A stretch of DNA of 64,000 nt from Eledone cirrhosa. Its lineage: Eukaryota. Location of the stretch: positions 250,046,001-250,110,000 of the forward strand of contig OZ024743.1 in NCBI GenBank assembly GCA_964016885.1, in the 5' to 3' direction. Below are positions 40,149-53,500 of this stretch, one piece after another. How positions within the stretch are numbered: the stretch's first letter is position 1; every line of letters starts with the position of its first letter. The notes under the pieces were generated by a model. It saw nothing but the letters and a program-made list of their open reading frames with translations. It made no database searches and was not told where the DNA came from. Made by a program: the position numbers and the translations under genes.

Positions 40149-41583
40149 GTCATGATGATGATGATGATATACAAATTGAATATGTTTACAAAACGTCAGA
40201 TAGACAAAAGAAAATGTGTTGGTGTGGGTTGGGTTGTGGTGGGTAGGGTTTATACCTTAATGACAAGCTATAGTTCTAAAATGGATCTTTCTTTTGTTAC
40301 TTGTGTTATTGATAATGCAGTTGTTATTGTGTTACAATTACTACTACTGCTGCTGTTACTGATAGCTCAACCCACCCCTCCCACATATAATAAATAAAGT
40401 AAATGACTAAAAAACATCAACTCTGCCATATAATATTAAGTTTAATGATCTGAACACTGAGGCTTAGCTGATATAATATCAAGTTCTTCCTTTATACATC
40501 TGATACAGTTGGGCTGTAGACTAATGTGGTTTCAGTTCTTTATATGACATCAAAGCAATAAAGTTATGTAAATTTCAGTTTACATCATCATTAAGCATAT
40601 TTTAGTTTTATTAAAGAAAAAAAAAATTAAACAGTAAACAAAAAATATGAAATAAAAAATAATAATATAGTTGGTGAATCTTTAATGTTCAATAAAACAC
40701 ACCTTAGCTTTAAACTTGACATTAATTTTTCTTCTTTGGTGTGTATATATGTGTCTCTTTTGGTGTATGTGTGTATATATATGTGTCTGTTTTACTGCAT
40801 GTGTGTATGGCTGTATGTATGTATGTGTGTATGGCTGTGTGTATGTATGTGTGTATGTGTGGCTGTATGTGTGTGTGCGTGTGTGTGTGTGTGTGTGTAG
40901 GGGGGTGTATGTGTTGGCATATTTGTGTGACTTCTTAGTTCTAAACTTGACGTTCGTTTTTCCAGTTTGGTGTTTGTGTATATGTGAGTGTAAGTGAGTG
41001 TGTGTGATTGTGCATGTGTGTAAGTGTATCTGCATGTACGTATGTATATATAAATGTGCCTGTATGTACGTATGTATATGTCTTCTTAACTGAACTGAAG
41101 TATGATTAAAGAAAGAATTTAAAAAAAAGATGGGTGAAAGTGTTGCAATGTTTTTTATTGGCATTGACATTTCTAAGACACTGTCAATGGAATTAACATT
41201 TCTTTAAAGATCGGCAGTAGAAGTAGGGAAATTATAAGCACTAAATTGATGGAGAGTCTGCAGCTACAGTAAAATATTTCTGGAAAATTTTATGGCAAGG
41301 TGAAAGGAATTTTTCAATGATATATAATAATAACAATAATAATAATAATTTAATAATAATAATGATGAAACCACACTGACGACAGACAAAAACACTAATG
41401 ATGTAAGAGAACCATAAATATGTAGGCATACACACACACATGCAGATATGTATAAATATATATGTACATGCATATGATTGTATGCATATATATGTGCATA
41501 TGCATATATATATATGCATATGTAAGTGTATATATATATATATATATATATTTACATATATATATATACATATATATATATAC

Positions 41584-41638
<55 letters not shown>

Positions 41639-42277
41639 AGATACACACTCACACGTGTATAATCTGTAAATATATGTCTCTAAAACTTTCAAAACATTAC
41701 CACATATACTTGAAGTGTTGTGTTGGAGAAATATCAGGAACAGAAGGAAAGAAACAGATTCTATAAAACATAATTTAAAAACCCCTCAGTTATTTAACAT
41801 ATGGCAATGATGGTGATGATGTTGGTTGTGGTGATGATGATGGTGATGATAATGGAGATATTGCTGGCTTCAATAATTATGACAATAACAATAATAATAA
41901 TAATTTCGAACACAGGCATAATTTGGTAGTGTTTCCTTCATAGGCTATCATCATGTGCCAAAAAGTAGAAACAATTATTATTATTATTATTATTATACAA
42001 TGATGATGATATAAAATATAATCTAAAATGAAAAACTCAACCATACAATGCCTGTTATCAGCATTTGTTTTGGACACAAGGATCCTCTTTACTATTTAGA
42101 AACAAATCATTTTTTTTTTATAAAAAGAATAAACAAAATTTTGAAAAAATAATAAACCAACAAATAAATAAAGCAGAGAAATTCAAAGAGAGAATTTTGA
42201 AGAACAAAAGAACAGAATTGTTGTGGTGTATGTTACTAAAACTCTGATGACTTGACTGTAAAGAAAAAGACGTTTTT

Positions 42278-42350
<73 letters not shown>

Positions 42351-42959
42351 ATATATATATATTGTTATATATATATATTGTTTACATTAATATATATATT
42401 GTTTACATTAATTCTTTGGATTTGGTTCAGTAGAATTAACAGAATGAAATTCTTTCATTGAAATTGTCTGCTATATTTATTCAGCTTAAACTTTTAATAG
42501 TTACAAAAATATTAAAAAAGAAAATAGAATAAAGTTTACGAATTACTGGTACCAAACACTCAATCATTTCGTTTCAGATAATATCTTAGATAAAAACACA
42601 TGCATAACAACAATACTACCACTTTATAAACATCAACATTATAACAATACTAATACTAATACTATATAACACCAAAACGATAATATTACAAACACTACTA
42701 CTATATAAACAAAAATACAAAATAAAACTGTCTGCTTCTATAGTTTGCTGTGTGTTAGTCTAAAAAATCTGAATAATAGAGCAAGCATGGAGTTTCCTGT
42801 GTTCTAACATATGAATGACATAAACAATACCAAATGGAACCAGGAAGACAAAGGAATGGCAATATGAAACAGAAGTAGTTCTCTGTTTTATCATCATAAC
42901 TGCCTAATGTTTATTTTCCATGCTTGCATGGGTTAGATGGGTTGTCACATTAGGATGAG

Positions 42960-43430
42960 ACTAGAACCAGAGGGGCATGTTGTGAAAAAAAATAGAATGA
43001 GATGGTTGGCTGATGTGTTGAGGAAGGATGAAAGTGACTGAGTGAGAGAAATAGAGCCAGTGATGAATGTTGGGAAAAGAAATAAAATGAGATGGTTAGG
43101 TCATGTGTTGAGGAAAGGCGAAAGGGACTGTATGATGGGAATAGAGCTGGAGGTAAATGCTGAGAAGAAAAATGGAATGAGATGGCTGGGTCATGTGTTG
43201 TGGAAGGAGGTGAGTGACTGGGTGAGAAGAATAATGGAAATGAATGTGAAGGAAATAGAGGAAGGAGAAGACCAAGAAAGACATGAATAAATATGATGGA
43301 GGAGGAAGAAGCTAAAAGGTTGGTGATGGGGAATTTAGAGATTAGGCCAAAATAGAGAAGCTTGTCATGAGACCTGCAAGGCTATGTTCTGCTTTAGCCA
43401 GGAATATGGCTTTAAAATGCTTGTTGTTGT
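42960..43430 (+). mobile_element. Degenerate RTE-derived element with a tandemly triplicated RWLGHVLRK segment; homologue at 45770-46160
   Basis: aatgagatggtt(a/g)g...atgtgttgaggaagg recurs three times, then ggagaagaccaagaaagacat (GRP.KT-like) and a (TTG)n tail. Confidence 0.7.
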
Positions 43431-44162
43431 TTCTGTACTCTAGCACAGTTTACATGCTGTAACAGCAGTGAAGCTGAGATAATTCACAAAATTGTCAACT
43501 TGTTTCGTTGTTAAAAGTATTTCTCCATCAAGTGAAGTTTATTGAACTGCCGAACTGCCATCATCTACATTTCATGTTGAGGAAGACATTAGAACAATAT
43601 GCAAGGATTTATATATGTTGTTCAGTTTGTGAGTGTTAAATTCCCAAAGTAATAAGATTAGATTACAGCAACGTAGTAGAATTACATGGAATTGACACTG
43701 TATGATAGCATGAAGTCTGCCTTGTAAAATGCATTATTAAACCAACTACTTACAGTGTTTGCAGAAATTCCTTGCCAAACAGAAACACAGAAATCTCTTG
43801 CTACATAGAAATAAAGTCATTGTTATATAGGTAAAAGCAGAATTAAATACATTTAATCTTTTTGATGCTAATATATTTGAAACAGCCCTGATTTTATGAT
43901 ACACAGCTGCTCATTTTAAAATATTCATATTTATATTAAAACCTTTGATCATAATTTTATTTATGAAATGTTTGTGAAGTAATGTTTCAAACATCAGTTT
44001 AATGAAAAAGGTTAGTTATCTCATTAAATTCTTCCCATTTTCAGAATTAATTAATACACATCGGCAAGATATTTTATTAGAAACGTTGAAACAAAAGAGT
44101 TAAGTCAGAATTTAAGAATATATTTCTCTAATTCTTTCTGTTTCAGTATATTTCAACAATAT

Positions 44163-44631
<469 letters not shown>

Positions 44632-47342
44632 TGTGTATTTCTTAGAAAGCACATAAGATGATAACTGATTGTGTGTGCATGTGTGTCATCATCATGAACA
44701 TAATTCTTATGTTAACTTTTCCATGCTGACATGGATTGAACAGGGCTTTCTGAGGTAATGTTTTACAGCTAGAAGCTCTTCCAATCACCAACTACTTTAC
44801 AGAGTGTAATGGGTCCTTTTTATCATGGCCTTAGCACTAGGGAGGTTGTCATGTCTTTTACACAAGTAAAAGCTCTTCTCAAAATGCACACATAAATATA
44901 TAAAGTTGCTAAGGGATCCTTGTGGAGTGAAAAGCAGTGAAAATATACTCAATAATGCTAATATCAATTTCTTTACATGGCACCAATATTTGAAATGTGA
45001 CATGTGGAAGAGTTTTCACAATTCTACATTTTCTCTGTTTGATTAGTAATCACTTTACAGAGTGTACTGGGTGCAGTATGTCATGGCACATACACCAATG
45101 AGGTAATTATGTCTCTAGCAGTAAGAAAGAGTGTCAATCAAATTTAGAATGATTCCAAAAAATATAATTTACCTACGTTTTCCCTTGGAGAAAGTGTTAG
45201 TGTTTAATTAAATAGTTTCTTGAAGAGCAAAAATTGTATTTTCAGAATTAGTATATTCTATAATGATGACTTAATTAGTCCCATATTAAATATGGTAGAG
45301 ATAAGTGCAAAGGTAAGAAGGTAAAAAAAAAAATAGAAAAGAGAAAAAATAATAAATAGTATGATTAATATCCAACTGAGAGTTCCACACTTTCATACAT
45401 TCGTCAAATAATGTCGTTAGTTAAAAGAATATAACTTTATTATACAAAGCTGAAATACAGCATAGCTTTTAGCAGCCACATTAATCTAATCGTGATAGCA
45501 GTGAAGCTAATGATGTAGTTACGTATGTACTTTAAAACTGCATTAATGTGTAGGCAGACAATGCCGGAATAATGTAGCTAATGAATGAAATTAGAAGAAT
45601 GCAACAGTTGGGGTTAACATTTTAAGTTTCTATAACCTACCTGACATTTGTTTAAAAATGCTACATTAGAAGAATGATATCAATATATTTATTTCTAAAA
45701 AAGAGCAGCAAGGTATATCAAAACAATAGTTTAATCTTTGTAGTTATTATTATATTATACAACTGACAGTGATGAATGTGAGGATGAGAATTGGATTGAG
45801 ATAGTTGGGGCGTGTGTTGAAGAAAGGTGAAAGTGATTGGGTGAGAGATATAGGGCCAATGATGAAAGTAACTGGTGAGAGTAGTGATTGCAATAGAACC
45901 AATGATAAATGCTGTGAAGAGAAATGGAAAGATAAAGTTGGGTTATGTGTTGAAGATGGATGAAAGTGACTAGGTGAGAAGAGTGATCAAAATGAATTTG
46001 GAAAGAAGTAGAGAAAGGAGAAGACCAAGAAAGACATACAGGCCAAAGATGATACCGGAAGAAATGGAAGCCAGGGTGCAGATAATAGGGCAAAATATAG
46101 CCACATATCATGAGCCTTGCCCACCCCCAACACACGACTAACCCCGGCTTTGTTGTTGTTGTAGTTAGCTTAGAACTGACAACCATGCAGTTGGCAGGAA
46201 ATATCTTAAACAAAATTCTTTTAAACATTTTTATAAATTTAAAATATATCTTTAATAAATATGAAATATAAATCCTCATAACTCTAACAACAAGTCAAGA
46301 ACTATGTATTATTTTTAGATAGAAACTGCATTAAATTAAAAGTTCTTCATTAATTAATTAATCTCAGATACTGTAAAGGCTATTTCGCTATCTGACATAA
46401 ATTGGCTTAAAAAATTGAAATAATATTTATATTCTAATCTTTATTGACATACCAGTTCCAAGAGAAATTCTATTTCCAAAAATTTTAACTATACAAATTT
46501 TTTTTCTTTCTTGAAGAAATGAATAATTCCATTTTACAATAACAGTTGTCAATGTGGAAAATTTTAATTATATCGCATTATATTCTAATATTTCATGTAC
46601 ATGCATGCGTGTGTGTGTGTATATATATGAGATGTAAAATGTACCAGAGAACAACTCATTACAATAATAGTCTATAAAGGTGTTTTGATGTTTCAGATGC
46701 TAGTCCCTCACCAGAGGTTGTTTTGAAGAAAAAAGCAAAAGGAAGATAAGGGGGAAAAAAGGAAAACATTTAGCATATATATATATATATATAAATGTAT
46801 GTATGTATAAATATATTTAAGTCAGTCAAAATCCATGAACAACACTATTTTAGCATAACAATAAAAAGGAAACTATAAGAATATTTTAACAATTCTTTCA
46901 GACACTAATCCTTCATCTGAATGGAAAACATGCAAAAAAAAGGAATTTTTCTGAATGACAAAAAAATGGACAGACGAAAACAAGGAAAAATAGAAAAGAT
47001 GTTAAATGGCAGCCATGTTAGAAATATATATTTATTTGTTAATAAATATCTATACTAAAATTAAGAGACATAAAAACATTTGTATAAATGGCAGAGCAGA
47101 TTTTTAGGCACGTTTGAGGAGAAACATAATGTTTGTATTGGTTCTATGTTTTTATTTTCTAACTTTTCATGTTTTATTGTTAGTGTTTTGGTGTTTTGGT
47201 GAGTTTATATTTAAATGTATTCAGATCCACTGTAACAATACTTCTTCAATGTTGTATGATGTTATTATCGATATATTCCTGTCTATGTGTGCTGCTGATG
47301 ATATATACATATATATATATACACACATTCATGTATACAGAA

Positions 47343-47375
<33 letters not shown>

Positions 47376-47495
47376 TACGTGGCACATAACATTAGAGGCA
47401 ACAGGTGTATTGTTTCAAGCATTGAGTTAGCGGGTGCACAGTTATACATGTCAGTTAATACACACAAGCACAGAGATATGCTATGCACACATACA

Positions 47496-47563
<68 letters not shown>

Positions 47564-48609
47564 AAGAACAGTTAATATTTGTGGCAACAGGTAATACAAA
47601 GATAATCATTGGGATATTAATAGGTGTGCTGATGTAATTGCTGCACTTAATTAGTCCAGCAAAAATATACATTGGGCTACAGTTTATACTCTCGCTAGGT
47701 AAACTAACACACAGACCGTGCACATGTCTACATGTGTCTGCTTGTGAATGTGTTTGTGTGCTTTTGTGTTTATGTATGTGTTTGTGTGTATGTATGTGTG
47801 CTTTTGTGTTTATGTATGTGTGTGTGTGTGTATGTGTGTGTGTGTCTGTGTGTGCGCGTGTGTTAATTGGTTTTAGAAGCCTATTCATCCCATGGGAACT
47901 TGAACAAATAGTCAAGTGCTGATGTGAGTTTTTCTTCTAAATATTGATGTCAACTAATAAGTGATTCATGTTCACATAAGCAGGAAGGTGAATATAGATA
48001 TATCTCCACAGGTTATACAGTAGACACAGAAATTATTCAGCTTTAAAGTAGATACACCATGTCCCTACATGTAAGAGAGAACTAAAATAGTTGGCACCAG
48101 GTAGGGCATAAAGTAATAAAATACAAACTCTAACAGAATCTCATGATGTGTATGAAGGTTATGAAGTATCCTACAATGCAGACCTGCCAACCTCTAAAAC
48201 CTCAAATGGGGAGTACAATGAAAAAAAGTGCCCCAAAATGGGGAGAAATGAGGCAAAAATAGGGAGATTTTATATAATGATAGCTTTCACAAGAGAAGAT
48301 ATTTCTCAACCACCCCAAAGTGGGTGGGAGATCTTCCCCTCAGACAGGCAGAGTTGACAGGTCTTTACAATGTTTGCTGTGTGTCGACTGTCTTCTAAAG
48401 TGATACTAGTAAGACACTGCCTTGAAGGAATTCAGTTGATCATATTGAGACAAGTACATATTTTTTTAGAGTACATATTTTATCAATCTTATTTTGTTGG
48501 GACACTAAATTATGTAACACATGCACATATATTAATGAGAGACAGAGAGAGAGTGATGTGTGTGTGTGCGTGTGTATATATATGCACACAAGGGCTCTAC
48601 AGTTGGATC

Positions 48610-48980
48610 TATGTCCAACAACCTCTCTAGTGATGGTGTCACAAAAATGCCCCAGGTACACTCCATAATAGTGGTTGGCAACAAAATGGACACCCAGCTG
48701 TAGAAACCATGCCTAAAAGAGTTGCGACCCGTTAGTTGGGTGAAAGACACAACAACCTCTCTAGTGTTGGTGAACTACACAATAAACACACCAAGTACGA
48801 ATTGTAAAGTGGTTGGTGATAGGAAGAGTTTTCAGTCATAGAAAGCTTTCTAAACAAAGGTTTGGGAGGACCCTTTGGTTGTGTCAAGTGCTGGTGACCT
48901 ACACAATAAAAGCACATAGTACACTCTGTAAAGTGGTTGGTGTTAGGAAGGACATCCAGCAGTAGAAAGCTTGCCAAACA
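48610..48980 (+). repeat. Three diverged tandem copies of the RTE/SINE-tail module (~130 bp)
   Basis: ctagtg.tggtg...aaa..cac...gtac...gtaaagtggttgg...aggaag...cagc.gtagaaa repeated three times. Confidence 0.7.
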
Positions 48981-49147
48981 AAAGGTTATGAGGCCTTTTT
49001 TTTGCACTCGATATGACTTGACGTAAGTGGGATATAGACCTCTTTGCCTTTTGGGAGGTCAGTAGTCCCGCTTCAGTAGTAACTTGGTCTAAATAGACCC
49101 AGTCAACCCTTGCTTGACGGTGATAATATATATATATACACACACAA

Positions 49148-49300
49148 TGAGCTTCTGCAGTTTCCATCTACCAAATTTCACCTGCAAGACAACCCAAAGC
49201 TGTAGAAGAAAGCACCATTCTAAGCTACCACAATACAGCTTACTGAACCTAAAACCACATGATCATAAAGCGAACACCTTACCCACACAGCCATGTCTGC
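49148..49300 (-). mobile_element. Degenerate SINE family C
   Basis: cagtttccatctaccaaatttcac...ctgaacctaaaaccacatgat...cttacccacacagccatg. Confidence 0.65.
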
Positions 49301-49504
49301 ACCTATTTGATCATAATCTTTCAAAATTTAGTAAAAATCTTTCATAAAAATCTCAAAGATGGTTTTTCTGTAATTTAATCACCTTATGCCATGATCCAGG
49401 TTTCATTTAATCTACTTGGTGTCATATGCACTTAACATCTTTCCTTTCACCTACATAAGATCTTATTTCACAGATATGTGAATTCATACACACACATATA
49501 AATG

Positions 49505-49535
<31 letters not shown>

Positions 49536-49613
49536 ATGTGTGTGTGTATGTATGTGTGTATGTGTGTGCGCTTGTGTGTATATATGTATATATATATATA
49601 TGCACACACACAC

Positions 49614-49659
<46 letters not shown>

Positions 49660-49878
49660 TTATATAGAAAGTGAGAGAGAGAGCAAGAGAGAGAGAGAGA
49701 GAGTTGTGGGAGAGAGAGCAAGAGAGAGTGTGTGTGTGGGAGAGTGAGATAGGTTTTTTTTGTACACATCTTCCTGTTGGAATCATAGAATTTCATGACA
49801 TTTCATCAAAATTTATTTTAAATCCCAGTCTTAACTTTTTTAATGTTATAGTGCTATATTCAAACTAATTAAATTAGA

Positions 49879-49940
<62 letters not shown>

Positions 49941-50455
49941 TGAAGATAACCTTATATGGGAGTGTAGGTCTATGTGTTTGTATATGTGTAAGTCTCTGTT
50001 TGCTTAGCATGGCTTTGTTTTGCTTGCTTTGTCCGTGTAGGTGTGAGAATCACAGAGAGATAGAGATAGTTTATATCATCATCATCATATATATATATAT
50101 TCAGAGAGAAAGAGAAAGAGATAGTGAGAATTATAGTGAAATAGAATGGGAATAGATCTAGGAATAGATCTGCACGTGTGTGTATACGCATATTTATATA
50201 AGTGTGTGTGTGTATATATATATGTGTGTCTCTCTCTCTATATATATATATATTATATATATAGAGAGATATACATATATAGACACATACATACACATAC
50301 ATATATATATATACACACATATATGTGTGCACGCGCACACAGTCATACACATGCATATACACACACACAACTGCAGTTCACCAGATCAATAGAAACAGTG
50401 TTGGTGCCTCTTCCCTTTCTGAGTAATGTTATTGTAAATTAAAGAGGTTAGGTTA

Positions 50456-50543
<88 letters not shown>

Positions 50544-50544
<1 letters not shown>

Positions 50545-53500
50545 CATCATCATCATCATCATCATCACCGTTTTACGTCCGTTCTTCCACGCTAGCATGG
50601 GTTAGACGGGTTGTCCTGTTGTGGGCAGTGTCTGGTCGGCTGACCATGCCTTGCTCATACAGGAACTGATCTGGCTTGATTTCTACAGCTGGATGCCCTT
50701 CCTAACACCAACCTCATTTACAGTGAGTGCTGGGTGCTTTTTCGTGGCGCCTACACGTCCACTTTACAGTGTGGGCTGGGTGCTTTTTTGCCGTGGCACC
50801 TCCACGACCACCTTGCGGTGGGGGGGGGGGGCATATTGTTTATATGCTTCAGCATGTACCCATGGGAGGTCGGGTACCCTGTATTACTGCGTGACGCCAG
50901 AAGTCACGGTCGTGTGTCATTGACTTTGAGAGGTGTAGTTGGGTAAGGTCGGCTTTTATCACCTCATCCCAAGTCATCTTGGGTCTCCCCACTCCGCGGT
51001 TTCCATCAACTTCTAGTGCTCTGCACCTTTTTATGCAGCTGTCATCCTTCATACGCATCACATGTCCATACCAGCGTAACCGCCTCTCCTGCACGCAGCA
51101 TTTGATTCCTCTTATGCTCAGTCTCTCTCTCAATTCATTTATGCTTTGTCGTTCACGTATATTACTGTTACACATCCATCGGAGCATGCAGGCTTCGTTT
51201 CTCTCTAATCTACGTAAGTCTTCCACCTTCAGCGCCCAGGTCTCACTACCATGCAACATCGCTGTTCGGATACACGCATCATACAGTCTGCCTTTCATTC
51301 TGAGGGAGAAGCCTTTTGCAGCTAGCAGTGGTAGTAGTTCCCTAAACTTCTTCCATCCCGTTCTTACCCTAGTTATTGTACTTTCTGAGCACCCACCTCC
51401 GTTGCTAATTCGGTCACCTAGGTAGCAGAAGCTGTCTACTGTTTCTACAGGGCCCTCCCAGAGATTGGTGGTACTTGTTTCCTGTGGCTGTTTGCTTGCT
51501 GTTTCAGCACAGCTGCTGCATGTGAATCCTACATTCTTAATTAAGCTTCCTGAGATCCCGCTACATCTCTTGTGTACCCATTGTTTGCATTTGGGGCAAA
51601 GAATGGAGTTCCTACCTACACCTTTCCTACATACTGAGCAAGGCCATTTCCCTGAGGGGATCTGGGTTCTGTTTTCTCGTCTACTTATAAGGACCTTAGT
51701 CTTTGTCATGTTGACTTTGAGGCCCTTTCTCTCTAGTCCCTGCTTCCAGGTTTGGAATTTATTCTCTAGTTCTACCATAGATTCAGCTATGAGTGCGAGG
51801 TCATCAGCATACAGGAGTTCCCATGGGCATCCGGTCTTAAACTCCTCCGTTATTGCCTGCAGGACTATGATGAACAGGAGAGGGCTAAGAACAGAGCCCT
51901 GGTGGACCCCAACCTGTACGCTAAATTCCTCGCTATACTCATTGCCAATCCTAACTTTGCTGACTGCTCCCCTATACATGGCTTGTACCGCTTTCACAAG
52001 CCATTCATCTACTCCTAGTTTTCTAAGAGCCCACCAGATTACTGCACGTGGAACTCTATCAAAGGCTTTCTCAAGGTCGACAAATGCCAAGTAGAGTGGC
52101 TTACTTTTAGCTAGGTACTTTTCCTGTAATTGCCTCACAAGGAAGAGCGCATCAGTGGTGCCTTTCCCTGGAACAAACCCAAATTGCATCTCGTCTATAT
52201 TCACCCGGTCCCTAATCAGCTGTGCTATAACTCTTTCTGTTACTTTCATGACCTGGTCCATCAACTTTATACCTCTATAGTTTCCTCTATCTAGTGCATC
52301 GCCTTTACCTTTGTAGCAGTTGACAATGATGCTACTGCACCAATCTTTTGGTATGGCCCCCTCTAGTATTACCTGGTTAACGATACGTGTGGTTATAGTG
52401 TGACCTACAGACCCAGATGCCTTCAGCATCTCGGCAGCTATACCCGATGGACCGGTTGCCTTCCCTATCTTCATATCTCTGATTGCCTTACTTACTACGC
52501 TGCCGCTGACTTGTACTGCTGGTCCCTCTATAGGGTCTACGTGGGGTAGGGTCTCTTCTTCCCATGCATTCTCCTCATTTAGTAATCTATCATAATGACT
52601 CTTCCATGCATCTTTCTTCTCAGCACTTGTGAGGGCAAGCTCACCTTTATCATTCCGGATACACTTCTCTCCAATGACATCACAACTATCTCTGACACAC
52701 TGCCTCGCAATCTTGAATACCTCCTGTTTCTGGTCCTCACGTTGTAAAACATGCTTGAATTTTCTATCCTCTGCTTCCCTCCTAGCTAAGTATACTTGTC
52801 GCCTAGCTTCCCTCTTGGTCTCTATGTAATGTACCCTGCTCCCCCCGTTCTTCCATTCTTTCCATGCCTGTCTCTTGGCCTTGACTGCTTCATCTACCTT
52901 ATTGTTCCACCACCAAGTCACTCTCCTCCTGCTTGAGGTCTTACTCCAGCCACAAACCTCATCCGTCGCCTCTAGTAAGTTATTTTTTAGGAACTCCCAG
53001 TTCTCTTCTACGTTAAATGTCTCTATCTGTTCTTCTTTACTGTCGTAGGCGTTGAGTAAAATATCTTTAAATCTGTTACTGGTTGAGGGGACTTTCAGCT
53101 TCCAGATCTTTCTTCTCCAGGTTGGCCTCTGTTTCAGGGCTCGTCTAGTTCTGACCGTGAGGTCGCTGACAACTAAGCTATGTTGGGATGTACATTCCTC
53201 ACTAGGGAAGGCTTTTGTGTTTACGACCGTCCATCTGTCACGTCCTCTGATGAGGATAAAATCTAACTGACTAGAGTGCTCCCCTGATCTATAGGTGATC
53301 AGGTGGTTGTCGGGTTTTTTAAAGTTTGTGTTACATATCGACATGTCATTGGCGTCGCAGAATTCTAGAAGTCTGAATCCTTCCTCATTCCTTGTGCCAA
53401 CTCCATGGCCTCCATGTACTCTATTGAAGCCGTCGCAGTGTTTACCTACGTGTCCGTTAAAATCTCCTGCAATGATTAGGAAGTCCTTGTCGTCTGTTAG

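Noticed and set aside
15683-41196. Identical 14-mer TGTCAATGGAATTA at 15683 and 41183
   Set aside because: A single 14-bp match is expected by chance in 64 kb of AT-rich sequence, and the flanks do not align.
50779-50806. Resemblance of CGUGG...CCACG plus A-run to pistol ribozyme P1, or to an HDV-like ribozyme
   Set aside because: Downstream pistol P2/P3 elements and the HDV nested pseudoknot could not be found; kept only as a generic pseudoknot.
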